Positions 36,264 through 50,400 of a stretch of DNA of 64,000 bases are shown one piece after another. Under the pieces are notes generated by a model, which was not told the origin of the DNA, made no database searches, and saw only the letters and a program-made list of their open reading frames with translations. The DNA is taken from positions 7,502,001 to 7,566,000 of the forward strand of contig OZ076413.1 in the NCBI GenBank assembly GCA_964187785.1, given 5' to 3'. Positions within the stretch are counted from its first letter, which is position 1. Each line of letters starts with the position of its first letter. Origin of the DNA: Amphiscolops sp. MND2022 (taxonomy: Eukaryota). A program made the position numbers and the translations under genes.

Positions 36264-38923
36264 CTAATTGGCGATGAAGACAACTCCACGTTGTCGCCAT
36301 TCAGGCAAGATGCTGTCAGGGGTCAGTGACGTATTTTGGGCCTCGATCACCTGCAACTCGTTCAAATAGTTCCTCAACCCAACTCTGCTGGTGAATAGAT
36401 CCTCCGGCAGGCCAGTGCAGTTGTTGAACGTCAATTTGACCAGACCAGGAAACGCCAGAAGGATCTTGATCACATCTCGCTCGTCTGTGATTGAAGACCC
36501 GGATAAATCCAGTTCCTCGAATGCAGGGGAGTCAGAGTTGGAATGAAGGAGGAATTAAAAACTAGTTTGGAAAGGCATAAGTCGACGCTCAAAAAAGGCA
36601 AAAGTACTTCAAGAACCTTTTGGAAAGAATTGTTATAATCATATCACAGAACCGAAAGAACTTTTTTTTTGCTTTTATTCTCATCAAAAACATCGGAAAA
36701 CCAAAGCTTTCGTGGAAAGGAAATTCGCCCAAAAAAGTTGCAAAGTGCCGTAAAATTCAACCCCCTTTGGGCTTAAAAACGCTTTTTTTCTATCTAAAAA
36801 TATCAAAAAACAAGGGGGCCTTTTTCTGGGAAAAACATCGTACAGTGCCGGAAGAAAACCTTAAGGGAAAACGCTATAGATTTAAAACTCATCCAAAAAT
36901 ATGAAAAACCAAAGGGCTTGTGAAAATGAAATTTCGGCATTAATATTTTTCTTGACAGTGCAGTTAACTCTAATTTTCACAACCTATCCTATCCAAGAGC
37001 ATAACAAACGAAGAGTCATACAGAATTGTATAGTTGAAGACTACTAGTGCCAACCCTGACTCCGCAAAATTTGATCCAGCTGGCTTCTAATGCTCTTTTC
37101 AGGGATCTCATGCAATTATATCTTTCAAAATCAGGAGTGGTAGTGAAACTCAACTTAGTGAAAGTTTCGATTAGATTCAAGCATGCAGTATTTGCCCTAG
37201 AGTCATCAGATATTCTTGTATTAACCAGAACCAGCGACTCGAATCTTGGGAAAGGATCTTCGCCTTTGACATTTGAAAAGCATCCAGGTTCAGTGTATTG
37301 AAACGAATATACAGACGATTTGAAATTTTGACGACGCTCACATTGATTGGCAGTTTTCACTAGTGGTTCATATGACCAATTGAATCCGGTTCTGATTGTA
37401 TCTTCGCAAAGTAAATGAATGAAAATTCAACCATTTTCACATGAAGCTGGAACAACAAAAAAACCCATTTTCAGAAAACTAATTCATTTTCTAAACTTTT
37501 TCGGAGGAGTCTCATAGAGCCGAAAAAGGAACTTTCAGCTCGCAAAACTTTTTTTCTAAAGCCGAAAACAGGTTTGATATCGAGGGGTACCATTTGACCA
37601 AATGAAAGTTTCAGGAAAAGATGCACAGAGTCGAAAAAGCATGAAAAGGTCTTTTCAACAATCAGTACGCGTAACCCTGCTTCTCAGACCTTTTCAGAAA
37701 TCCGGATGAAACTCCGGTCGTTACATTCTAAAGAAAAGCGCCAACTAAAAATTATTGTGAATCGAATTTCAAACAGTTTTGTCGTAAATATTTTTATTTG
37801 AAAACTGCGAAAAGTGCAGAGCATATCATTCAGTGATTTCGACTAAAGGCTTCTAAATCGTAGACTTAAAATTGCTGCGGAATATTAGGCGAAATGGACC
37901 TTTTGCAACCTTATTTGAACGCAGGCGAACTCTCAGCCATCGATCAATTGGTGAGTAATCTTTCACTTCACATCAAAAAACGTATTCTTCATCTGCTGAT
38001 CAAGTTAAACTAGATGCTATATGAAAACATCTTATTACTATCAAAAATTCTGTGGCTCTCACAACACGAGTTTGTAGTTCCAGGTATTCCAAGTGATGTA
38101 TAAAAAAGACGGGAAAGTCAAGAAAGCCAAAAAAGACTCTCAGAGAAAACTACGAAAATTTCGAGAAAAATATACAGAGCGCCGAAACCCCTCAAATAAC
38201 CCTTTGTTACTTTGTAACATGGTCCTAAAAACATTATAGACTTGCTGGAGCTACTGCTGATTGAACATTGCGGCAGCGATTTCATGAAAGAATGAAATGA
38301 ATATTGTGCAAAAGTCAGGATTTACTTGAAGTGATGAGAAAAACAATGGAATAAAAGTCGAAAGTATGAACAGGTTATTCAGCAGGGTCACTAATTGTGT
38401 GTTCATATGAGATTGGTTGCATGAGCTATTCTGTCGCTAAATACATGCCTCAACGAATTATTGAGCGCTTCAACATTCCACTCCCCTTAGAGCACAAGAA
38501 CTTCAATTTCACTGACGGCATTGTAGTACAGTCCTTTATTTTTTTTCGGAACTCAAATGAAAACTTTGTCAGTTGTTTGCATCGGAGAGTGAATTGGAGT
38601 CGAAGGGTTGGAAGGCATTGCCAGAAGTCAATGATAAGAATATTGAAACTTGGGAAGTGCTTGGTGAAAAGGTGTTTTGTGCACCCTTGGTGCATAGAAT
38701 CGAATGAAGCATTTGATACACACGCAGAATGGGTCAATCTGCCATTGGAGGTGGAAACCCAGCAACCCTTCTCCATTGAGTCAACTTTCCTGACAAAATT
38801 GACTTCATAAACTTTCAGGGACTTCGAAAAATGTGACTGCCCAGGGATTGGTAAATGTTCCAGCACAATATCATGTAGTGATAACGAATTTACCAAGTCC
38901 AAAGCTTTGGCCTTTCTTATCAT
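36264..38923 (-). CDS. Probable exons of a leucine-rich-repeat (FBXL-like) gene or pseudogene (about 38923-38450, 37360-37016, 36520-36264)
   Basis: FEELDLSGSSITDERDVIKILLAFPGLVKLTFNNC, FPRFESLVLVNTRISD and CKQLTKFSF look like LRR units; splice junctions not resolved. Confidence 0.4.
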
Positions 38924-40169
38924 CTTTCCATTTATATCCTCCCAAGCAGTTCAAAATTTCAAACAATTTATGCTATTCTATCCAAAAACAAGTGCTTCAC
39001 CGAAGATCACGTGAAACTTCGTCGAGATGAGTCGACATTGTTTGGGAAAAAGTTAATTTATGGGTAGAGGGAAGACCATTTTCAGAGAAAGCCCTAAAGA
39101 GTGACAACGACATGTTAAAACAGGCTGAAAAGGACCCCCTTTAAAGCGAAAGGACCTCTGGTTGGACTCCATTCCAGAGTCAACAAGATTCCATTAACCA
39201 ACGAGCTCTTTTTGCGAATTGTGTCTTCACAATGAAAGCCCCTGCTCTTGTTTCTGAATGGTAGGCTGAACATCTTAGTGACACTGCTAGATCTTCAGCG
39301 GTAAGTTCAACTTTTGCATCTGGACTTGGGCCAGAATATCAAGAAAAAGTAAATAAGTTGTATCAAGTAGTACGAAGAAAATTTATCTACCAACTACATG
39401 GTGACGCCGGAGTACTATTAAACAGAGAAATAGAATCTGGTAATCCTGTCAAAAAACACACCAAGACAAAAACTATGTGGTCCAATTTTTGTAGTGTACG
39501 GAAATCAGACGAGACGAAGGAAGAGGCCAGAGAAAGTTAGATTGTCATAATGCATCCTTTGGCTTACATAGATTACTGAACGAACCAATTTACACAAGAA
39601 TACAAAACATCAATGAAGTAGATGTATGATTAGAAATCTTCACAAACGTCTGTAAACCTAACTTCTAGTCATCTCTTCAACAATAACTACTAATGTCATT
39701 TCGATAGGTGAGCAAAAGTGCAAATAATGAAAATCGATGAGTAGAAAGAAAAAGACTTCACACATGAGAAAAAAGTTGAAGAAAGTGATGTAATGTAATG
39801 AGTGATTATCTGTATACGAAAAAAACTGTAATCACGCTTCAACTCAGCTTTCTGTCATTGTGCTTTTGGCTTGTTTTGATAAGAATTTGGAGTGAAGTTT
39901 TAAGGTTGCCAAAAAAATGGGAAACGGCGCGCATTGAAAATCACCTCCAGGGGGATTGAGCCATCCGATCAAAACGCTGGTAGTAAAAAACGCTCCAGTA
40001 TATCTGCAGAGATTCGTAAAACCCGGATTTTAGACTTCGGCGCTAATGTTGTGAACTCATGAAATTTGAAAACAGGGGAAATACTGACATTCCGATGTTT
40101 CAATTGTTGCTTTTTGAAGTGAAACTGGCATGATTGTTTTAACAAAAACTCAAGCAGGCAAAAGTGTTT

Positions 40170-43100
40170 AAAAGGGCAGTTTGCGTAATTTGACTACGGT
40201 TTTGTTGAAATTTCAAGTAGATGTTTTTACTTTCGCAACTCAGTTGATGTTTTTACCGGAGTAACTTGTCAATTCGTGCCATCTCAAAGTCGGTAGATAG
40301 TCTTCAGCGACTAAAGGCAGATCACCTGCAGCGATGCTATGTCCCGCGACAAGCCACTGTTTTCTTATTTGCAAAGTTACTAAGTATTCTCCAAACCATG
40401 CTTTTCAGAAGTCGTCTTTGATTCGTTTGAACAACTTATATCGTTGCAACAGAGTCAAATGGTCTGACTAGTGAAACGTGAGCTGGTGTTATTGGTTTCA
40501 GGTCCCTTTGGACCGTTGGAAATAGGTGAAAGGGGTCATGACATCAAGGTTGACTCGATTTTTACGACCAATGTGTTCAACTTGGTTGCAAATCTCGAAA
40601 AAAGAATGCGCAGTCCAAATCCTCTTAGATGGCGCTTCATGCTCTTTACAGCGGCTTCCAACATTCCTCCGGAATGAGGTGACCGCAGAAGTATGATTTA
40701 CCATTCGGTTCCTTGATCAGCCATGAAATTACTCTGATCTGTAAAGCTGGACTTTGATGATGTCGTTCCTGGTCCCGATGAAAATGCCCCCATTGCCACT
40801 CACAATTTTATTGGGCGCGAAATGAACATCTTCATAGCTGAAATGAAGGCTTCCTCCGGCGAAACTTCGACTAATTCAATATGGACTGCTTTTATTACAA
40901 AACAACGAAAATATCGAAATAGATATTCTGATTTGAACTTCGTGAGGATTGGACATGCTACATCAAGACTACGGGTCTGAAAAAGTATCGATGCAGTGAT
41001 TCGTTCAGCTGGACGGTCTGCCATCAACTGACTTGGTACCTGTTTTTCAAATAGACCGCATGTGACGCACTGTTTGATCTTCTTCGCTAAATGTCTTCCA
41101 GTTGGAACCCAAAACTACTCTCTGCTTGTATTCAAGGTTAGCTGCACACCCGCCATGAAGGAAAGCCGGTTCATGAAAATACTGCACGTTCAAAATTTCG
41201 AGTTGAAAAATATTTTTTTTCGAGCGAGAAAAGAAAATTCTTCGTTTCTCTGAAGTTTCCTGGTGATAATCTGTCTCCAACACGTGGCGTTTTAGTTTCG
41301 TCATCGAAAAAGGGTGAAAGACTCAGCAGTTTGTTTTTAGGCAATTCCGAGACATGTTGAAAAATGGTGATTGCGTCCCTGACCGAGTCTCATTGGCGCC
41401 GTTTAACCATTTCAATCTCTACCGGGACACGATATTGAGCCGTAAAGTACTTCGAATTCAATTGCATCAAGAATTTTACAGCTATCTTCACGGTGGGAAC
41501 ACGATAAAACTTCCTGACCATCGAATACCGACATCAATCCAACAGATTTTGAAATACCGATTGCACAGTGAGAATGGTCCGTGCCACAAAGTCTTGATTG
41601 AGACTCTCTATGGTCGTTCTGCGAAAAGAATAATCAGCAGGGTTGCTTCCATATTTGACACGACGCAATTGCGATTTCGGAAGACCCGGTTGACTTTCGG
41701 ACATTCTGTTCGCGAAAAAGTAGTCCAAGTTCTCGGTAATTGCGCAAGCCATTGTAAAACGATCGTGGTCGGTCCGGTCCAGGCGGTGCTTTTACGTTGG
41801 TATGTTTGGTGAGTTGGGAAATACCACGAGGTTCCCTGAGTAATTTGATAGGTGTGACTCTGTTCTTTCCTACTACAAAATTGACAGCAATGAATCCCAT
41901 GGAATCGACGAATCTGGAATGCAAAACAGCTGTATATGCCAATTCGGATGCATTTGTGAACAAACTGAACAGAATTGATTTCACAGAGTTGAGACTTAGG
42001 ATACATGTTGGGAGATAGAGAACGAGCAATGATGAAGATTAGATTGCTATCATCCCTCCAACAAAGGGTCGAGCAACTGTTCATCCCAATCTACGCTCCT
42101 TGTCCAATGCTTTGTAGCAGTATGTTGAACTTGATGGCAACAGGACTGTTCGAGGTGTCCAAGGGGATCGAAGTTTTGCTGCATCTGACGGGTTGTCTTT
42201 TTGCGACTGATTCATAACATAGAGAAAATCTAGAAATGATCAGCAATTGGTTTCCAGGATTCCAAAAATCTAACATTGGTAGTCTTGGTCCATGGATTTC
42301 TTCTGAACTTTTCCCGAAAGGAATGAATTCAATTCAGTGTGACTTGAGACCCATTTTCTCAGTTCGAATCCAAAATTACTCAAATCCTAACAACGGAGCC
42401 GAATTTGTTATTTTGCGGCTGCTACTGAATCCGTTCTTGACAGATAATCGTCCTCGTAGTAGTAATTTATTGTCATTGAAATTTCTTCGACAGAAAATGG
42501 ATTACTGACCGCCATCAAGGCTCGTACTGAATTGCTGAAGTGATGCTGTAGATGCCTCTCGTCATACGGAGTTGCTGAAAGTGTTGATTTGGATCCTTAC
42601 GCCACAAAATCGGTGAAAATCTCTTCCTGTTTTGTCCAAAACTATAAGTCTAAACATTCTGGCAAGGTCCGCTGCTAATGCCACTCTATGTAAACAAAAT
42701 CTCACCAGCAGTGAAAAAAAGGTCTTGTTGAACGGTGGGACCAATCATTAGTGATTAAATGAGGGACGAATCGATGTCTGATTTTGGGAACCATCAAAAA
42801 CAAGTCGCAATTTGGTTGTGCTTGTTTCACCTTTCTGAACGCAATGGTGTGGTAGGAAGTTGATTTTTTCGTTAGGTTTGTGAATATCATCAACGGGTAC
42901 TTGTTCAGTGTGTCTCAATTCGGCGAAGTCATGAATTACAGTGTAAGAGCCTTCTTCCAGTTGCGAATCAAATTATACGCGTTTTTTCTACGACAGAAAT
43001 GGTCTCTTCACTTGCAAATAGGTGTCACCCGATGGTTTGACATCACATTTGAACTACAAAAAAAACGATTGTTTTCAACTCTGGTTGTGAACTGGAAGTG

Positions 43101-44530
43101 TTCACATGCTATCTCGTCCGGTCATTGTGTCTTAACTGGGGGTATCTCAAAATATCTCAAAAAGTTCCTAAAATTTCTCAAAAACGAAGTGTTGTCAATG
43201 CAAACTGAATGTTATCTCTGATTGCGTCTGTTTTGAATCAGTATGCTCTCCAGATGTACTCCAACTGAAAACAGTATTTCTGAAGTTAATTCCACTTTCT
43301 TCAGTGAAATTGCCTGCCGTCCAGAACAAGTTCTTCGAAGACATCTGAATCAACAATCATCTCAATTCTGACAGGTTTATTGAAAGTTTAGTATGCAAAT
43401 TTGACCAAACGAAATTAGGAAATTGTTAGAATGCTGAGTTCTAATGAAGGAAGGAAATCTGAGTGTTGGGAGTATGTAGGCTGTGACGTCTATCACCATT
43501 TTCGAGTTGTGATCTGAAAAACTACTGATCCAGAATTGTAGGATTTGGTTACATTACTAATTCCGTTGTTTGTGAATAACTGCTTGAGACGTTCAAATTC
43601 CATTTATTACAGAGTGTCTTCTGTGACTAAACTGAGTTGCGACCCACTGTCTAGCAACACACAACACAAGTTTACGGGAAATCATTGGAGAATCATTGCT
43701 GTGGGAAGGAGTCCAACTGTGAAATGGATTCCAGAAAGACCTGCCACTATAGATCCAGTTGACTTCAAGCTGACTCTTGTTGATGAAACATGCAAGAGAT
43801 TTGTGTCGCCGCTTGCATGTTCGACAGGATAATTTTGAATTGCAATCTTTCGTTGCGTGGCCTAAAATCAAGCATTTGGAACACACTTTAGCTGTAAAGA
43901 CGATGTTTTCCGCTCTTGAATTAGGTTAGATTCTTGAACTTGTCACAGCTGAAGATATGATTTTTTAAACAAGCAGTACATCTTTCAGTTGATACCTTGT
44001 AGTTATGTGAGACATGATTGGAATCTCGAGACTTTCTGTGTTTTCACGATTTGAATGTGTTCAAACTGCTTTGATGAGTCCTGGATCCGGAAACTTCTAA
44101 TGCTTGAACCCTCCAGTTGAATAATTTTCCAAGGTTAGTAATAATTATTCCAAGGTTAGCAAGTATTTGCTTGGATAGTAAAGATAATTTTTTTTCATTG
44201 GATGTCAAGCTTTTCCGATATGCCCACCACAAACACGCAGGAAACGGTATCTACCTGAGAGATGGTATCTACCCGAGAGATGAATTGCCATCAAATTGTC
44301 TTCGAAAGCTACAATTAGCATCCTAAGCTCGCGTGCAGATTCTTTACTTGAGCTGAAAAATAGCTGATCAGTCTTGACAGTCAACCATGGATTATCGTAT
44401 TTGCCGGTAAGGCTGTTGAGGGCAATTTGATTATTCGAATTTGATAGTGGAAGATGAGAGATCAATTGTGATGCCTCTTCAGTTAGGGTGGATTTCAGGC
44501 AGTTGAAGTTCTGAATATCTGGCAGACTGG
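40170..44530 (-). mobile_element. Heavily decayed, 5'-truncated BEL/Pao retrotransposon
   Basis: Fragments CLKSTLTEEASQLISHLP...KYDNP, CSKCLILGHATKDC...CRTCKRRH, TIVLQWLAQLPRTWTTF, WEAAVKSMKRH and terminal VVKLRKLP, with many frameshifts; no LTR pair found. Confidence 0.85.
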
Positions 44531-44759
44531 CGCGGGACTAAAAACTTGGGTCTGAAAGTGTGGACAAAAAACGTAGGTTGAAAAAATGGTCGTTGTTCAA
44601 TTGATGAAGTTTGGAGGAAAGTGAATATAACTAAATTTTGGGGAGAAAAAAGGACAGCAGTACAGATTGAAATTTTTCGAAAAATGTTCTGTTTTTTTTT
44701 GGAAACAGATGTAAAGCAACAAAAAATACTCCAAGTTGGACAAATAGGCACCACATAAA

Positions 44760-45161
44760 TATCATTTTCCTACTGATAACACCCAACAGATCAAACAAGC
44801 AACACACATCAATACACTGATCAAGCGGCGGAATGAGGTCGAAATGAAGTGAACAATTCTCCAGGGTTACTTGCTTCACGTTGTTGTTTGGGGCGATTCG
44901 GAACCAATAGACAAAATAAAGGTTATTATAACATCCCATTTTATCACACTTGATTTCGATTCTTTCAATATTCGTTCCTATTTGACCAAGAAGTTTGGAG
45001 TTGGCCGGCGTGAAGACCCTGTTGAAATGGCAAACACACATGGTTCTACAAGTCCACTCAGAATAAGTCATAGTACCATTCTTCTTCACCTCAAAAGTGA
45101 ATGATCTCGTATACTCAGACAGCCTGTACTCCAAACACTGCCTGAATTCAGAGATGTTCAA
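44760..45161 (-). CDS. Possible LRR/F-box-associated exon
   Basis: Open 176-aa frame with LLGQIGTNIERIEIKC and NVKQVTLENCSLHF; composition is protein-like but no family is certain. Confidence 0.3.
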
Positions 45162-45908
45162 TACTAGAAAGGGTCAAAAATTGCTAATAAAAATAAAGAC
45201 GGAATTTATGTTGTTTCAAAATATCATATCAGATTTTCGGATAAATAACGGCCTAAGTTGGCGCCCCATTTGTACCGTACACGATCATTTTTGTACACGA
45301 TACCGTTCCAATAAAGGAAAATACACGAAAAACACGATACACGATTTTCAGTACAAGAAAAAATCTCAAAAGGGAGCGACAAGAAAACAATCGAAAGTCA
45401 CATAGCTTGCTGTTCAACCTTGAGCCCTAATATGGTGCTATACACATTTTAGACACCCGCTAATAAAACCACTAACGGGGTTGAACAAATTGAACAGAAA
45501 AAGTGGACCTTTTGTCATGGTACTAATTATGTATACTACTCCAAAACTTCTTTTGAGTGTTCTTCCTCTATCAACATACAACCATATAACTGTTTTTCAC
45601 AATATACAGCCTTTTCATTTCAAATTGTTACATTTGCTTCTAGGGATCGCCGAATTAGAGAAAAAAGGGGCGCATTTTTGCAGCATAAAATTGAAACTTT
45701 CCGAATTTAATTCGGTACTTCTAAATACCTTAGTTCGAAGAAGCTCAAATGTCCTTTGGAAGGTTTGAGAGAACATCACTGCCTCAGTGCTTCAGCGGTG
45801 TTTGCATAGTCATCCTTTATCACTGTAGTGAAGCGAAGAATCTGCCACAAAGTTGGGTCATCCGATATCGATTTCCAATTTCGACAAACCTGATTAACTG
45901 AACGGAGG

Positions 45909-46548
45909 CAGGGATGTAAAAAAAAATTTCTAAATATTATTTTCAAGTACAGTCAAACTCGGATAAAAGAAACTCGAAAGGCGGTAAGAAAAAGTTTCTT
46001 TATCCATAGTTTATTTTATCAGTTGCCCTACTAACGTAGAAAGTTTGTCTTGCATAAAAGCGGAAGAGTGGACGTTTCTTATTCTATCCAGATATTTCTT
46101 TTATCCGAGTTCGACTGTAAATATATTTATTTGCTGCTGGTCAACAATAAATATATTTAATAAATTGTCCAATATTGAGTGAGAAATATAATCTTCGAAG
46201 AAATATTTAGTTTCTACACTTCTTAGACTGCATTTATAACTATCAATAATTTTACAAAACTTGCTCAAATGAGCAAATGGTTTTTCCACACGACTAGTAC
46301 CTAAATCCGAATACTTAACAGTTGGCCGAGAAATTGAATTGAGTTTCGTGTATTTCGCGTAAAAACCAAAATTATACATTTGTTTCAATACTTGCCAACA
46401 TTAAAATGAATATCGAAACACATTGGCCCAAAACACAAATACGTTGGATCAAAAAATAAATATTTTATATTGTACAAAACTAAAAATACATATATTTTAT
46501 TCATTCATTGTCAATATATCTAAATGAAATATATTTTTTACATCCCTG
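45909..46548. mobile_element. hAT-like MITE with a nested Tigger-like MITE
   Basis: TIR CAGGGATGTAAAAA / TTTTTACATCCCTG; flanks AACGGAGG / AACAGAGA. Confidence 0.7.
45948..46119. mobile_element. Tigger/pogo-like MITE
   Basis: TACAGTCAAACTCGGATAAAAGAAA / TTTCTTTTATCCGAGTTCGACTGTA. Confidence 0.8.
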
Positions 46549-46731
46549 AACAGAGATCTTTACTAGGTAAGTAGGTGAAAATTTGGTGCCACACTTCCAC
46601 CGGAAGACTATTACTGCTCGTCATTTGATTGAGTTTTGGAGAGCGTTACAGTATGACTGGCGGGACTAAATACACTTCACTAACTGGTGAGATTGCTGAA
46701 ACAAATCCAATTGTTTAGATTGAAAGAGTCC

Positions 46732-47453
46732 TGTAACGGAGGAGTCAATGAGTCACTACAACTACAACTTTTCATTACGACATTCCGACTGACTCATTTA
46801 TTGGTTTTCCAACAACCAGATGATGAACAAAAGGTGAGACAAATTACACAGAGACAACCGGGATGATGAAACGCTGTCTAAACTGCAACAAAGAGATATC
46901 AAGTGCCAACTTTGCAAGACATTCGAGAACATGTCGTACATCCAAAAATATACCGCAAAACACTCCCCTACAATCAACTGCCAGAATCTATGGAACAAAA
47001 TACACCACATGCCCGAATTGCCAAATGCAAGTTTCAACAACAAATCTAGCCAGACACCGACAACCCTGCTCACAGGGAGGTGAGGAGAGCGTACCCTTTG
47101 AAGAAGGGTGAAAGCTATAGAAGAAGACACAATGAACAAGAACATAACCCAGCAACTGGATACTACAACAAACAGCAGAATAGCAAAGACAGCCTTTGTC
47201 TGAACACTTCATTTTCAACTTATTCTTAAAATGTTTGGAAAGCAGCAGAACCCCCCCCCCCACTAGGACATAAGCCTAATTATATTACCAAGGTAAAATG
47301 GGGCTGGCTGTAATGGAGAAGTCAATGACTACTACAACTACAACTTTGCATTACGACTTTTCATTCACAAGACTAACAAATCATTAGTTTTTCACCAATC
47401 ACCGCCTAAAGTTGACTCAAGCAAAGACTCAAAATAAAGTTCATAAACTTACA
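46732..47453 (+). mobile_element. Small LTR-like unit: diverged direct repeats at 46732 and 47309
   Basis: TGTAA(C/T)GGAG(G/A)AGTCAATGA...CTACAACTACAACTTT shared. The second copy follows a purine-rich AAAATGGGGCTGGC and ends AATAAA...CTTACA. Confidence 0.45.
46863..47111 (+). CDS. 82-aa protein with two C2HC zinc fingers
   Basis: CLNCNKEISSANFARHSRTC and CPNCQMQVSTTNLARHRQPC, both C-x2-C-x11-H-x3-C. Confidence 0.6.
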   Translation: MMKRCLNCNKEISSANFARHSRTCRTSKNIPQNTPLQSTARIYGTKYTTCPNCQMQVSTTNLARHRQPCSQGGEESVPFEEG

Positions 47454-50400
47454 GTCTTGACAAATCCTTTAATCCTATTAGAGAGAGAAAGCGAAAAAGT
47501 CCCCTTACAAATTTATCAAGTCCCTGGTTGAGGAAAAAATATGAATCATGCAAGACATCGGAAAAAATCTTGCAAGATTCTGGCAGAAACTACGAATCTT
47601 GTAAAAATCAGACAGAAAATTTATTTTTGCAAAGATTTTCAACAAGGTGTATTTATTTTATCCACGATCAAACAAGAATTGAACATTACTTATAGTGTCT
47701 TTACAAGAGTGGTGTGAAGAAACAATGCGACTTAGAAAGTTTGATGCGCTTTGAAAAAACCTTGATTAACTAAGTAAAGAATAGTATCTCAGACAAAACG
47801 AACATATCTTGAGAAAAATCATTTTCAGGGCTTTCAGCTGATTCATTTATTTACCTAAAACGATGCCTCAAACCAGCAAAAAAAGCGTCGACAAAAAATA
47901 AATCTGAACTTGCAAAAACTTTGTTTGTCAAATTTCCAAAATAACCAACGTACATTAATCAACTGTTTCACTAATTATCATTCGATACAATGACCGAGGA
48001 GTTCGATCATTCTATACAATGACAGAGTTGGAAGCGGGGCTAAATATTCAGGACCGGCCCGTTCAACGCTTTTGAAACTCCTACAAACAAACAGAAAATG
48101 AATTTAATTCTGACCCTTTGTGATCTACACCTATCAAAACACAAGCCCCATATTTAGAGCAATAAAAGTCCCGGTCGGCCGAAAAAGTCAACCAAGTAAT
48201 GTAAAGAATTGATTCGAGCTTCAAACCAGACCCTTTCAAACTACTGTACATTTCATACAGGCCAAAATCGGCGCTAAAAATTTTTCTACAGCTGCAAGAA
48301 AAAACATATGACACTGCTTTTATCATTTCTGCATAATTTTGGGAGAAAAAATTCATTTCAAAATGAGGAAATAAATCCACCAGATTGTTGTCAAAATTTT
48401 TAAGTTTCCGAATGCGCAAACTTAGTCAATTCTTCTACTGAAAGCATTCAAATGTTCATGTTTGTAACAAGCTTGAGCTTTTGCACTCGAACATTTGAAT
48501 GAAGGCGAAGCTCTCAGCCATACATTAATCAGCGAGCACTCATACCATTCATGTCAAAAAAAAAGTTTTCTTCTTGGTTTCGCCTTGTACGTATCACCGT
48601 AATTCCGTCCAAAAACTCCCAATATCGTTCCTCACAACCGCCGTACCTCACAGCTGCCGAATTCGCAAACTCAAAGACAAAACTTCTACAGTTTTCACAA
48701 AGGCAAAGTTTTTTCCCGTTTTTCTATTTTTGGCCCATCTCTGAGACATCAAGTCAAAATTCTGTGGAAAAGCGTGCAATGCTATGTAATGTCGCCTCAG
48801 CCTGAAAATACCATTCAAGAGTTTTACGGTCAACTGGTGCTTCATAAGTTTGCAGAAACTAACTGGTACGAATTCGACCTTATCGTCCATTTAGGGTTAA
48901 ATATTATTTAAACGGTCAACACAGCTGGTAGTTATTTCGAATTGATATTTACTCTAGTAAACAAGAGGTACTTCAACTTCTTAGTAAAGTGACGATTGAG
49001 AGCTGGTCGCGTTTGTCATTTCGTAACATGGAATATGATGAATTCCTCCATGCAAATTGATTTTCACATACGATTCAGCATCAACTCTGAAAAACTTGCG
49101 ATATCTACTTGCAATTCTGATGAAAAATGATTGCAGTCGGTTTTCCTACATGGACGATTCGCACGAATTAGAGCGAAATCTGCAAAATCGCTGATTGCAA
49201 GACCTAATTAATTATTCCCAATAGCCTCCAAACACAACTTTTTGAGATGAAAACCCAGGTTTTCAATCTTTGCGAATCTGTAAAGATCTGCAGGATTTTT
49301 CTGCAGGGTTCTGCAAAGATCGTTGCACTGAATCTTGAAGATCCATACAGATCTGCAAGATCTTTACAGAAGTGTGCAGATTTTCTTTAAAGATTTTTGC
49401 AGAAATGGGGTTTTCTGCAGCGTTTACGTTTTCATTCTGGATTCATTGTGATAGCCTGTACATTTTCTTTGTGTTCGCTTTTCTCAACTCAAGTGAAAAA
49501 AAATGAGGAGGAATACTGTTCTTTGGTGAAATATTCAAAACAAAATCAATTTAAATGCAAAGAAAAACCTAAAAACCAAAAATAAATTATTGCTTGTTGA
49601 AATTTAGGACGTTAAGATACACTATGGCACCAAACTAATGACAGCTGATATAAAAGACGAACTCATTGAAAGCGCACTTTTACTTAGGACATGCACTAAA
49701 CAAAAACGTCTAAGGTGCAAATGTTCCTCAAATTTCGATCAGAAATACAACCGCATATTGTTGCATATTTGTAAGTATCAGCCTTCTACTTCTTTGACCC
49801 GAACACTAGAACAAGAGGACATGTGACGTATTTCCACCAAAATGAGTTTTGAAATTATCCAGATTTTCAGTTCGCTGAGTCGTGAACAAAATCACTATAG
49901 TCTGTGGTCTTTACTCGAATGACAAACAATTTATATGGTCACTCTTTCAGCTATTGTGGGCTTCGGAAAAATTCACACAGAACTCCATTAATTTTCTTAT
50001 TTCACGCATTTTCTTATCCCAAAAAATAGGCCCCTCCGGGGCTCAGTACTAATTCTGCTTTAATCTTTCATTAATAATAGAATCATATCTGGAATACCAA
50101 TACACTCTTGTTTAATCATTATTTAGCGCACAATTAATCACTGTACAAGTTTACACCGCCTTTAATTCTACTTGGACTAAAGAAACTATAACTACTAAGC
50201 GTAGACGAAGTTTCGCATTCGCATTTGAATGCAGGCGAAGCTCTCGGCGAACGAATAATTAACACTCATTCGCTTCATCTCAATAACTCGGGGCAACGAA
50301 AGCACAATTACGAACATTCGCTTGCTTCATCTCAATGACGTCAGCATACGAATGGATAATTACCACTCGCTCGTTCCATCGCACTAGAATTGAATTGTCG

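Noticed and set aside
38450-38923. env or cargo ORF of the second BEL element
   Set aside because: It lies over 1 kb past the end of pol with no LTR to include it and looks more like an LRR exon. No JmjC motif was seen downstream of this second element.
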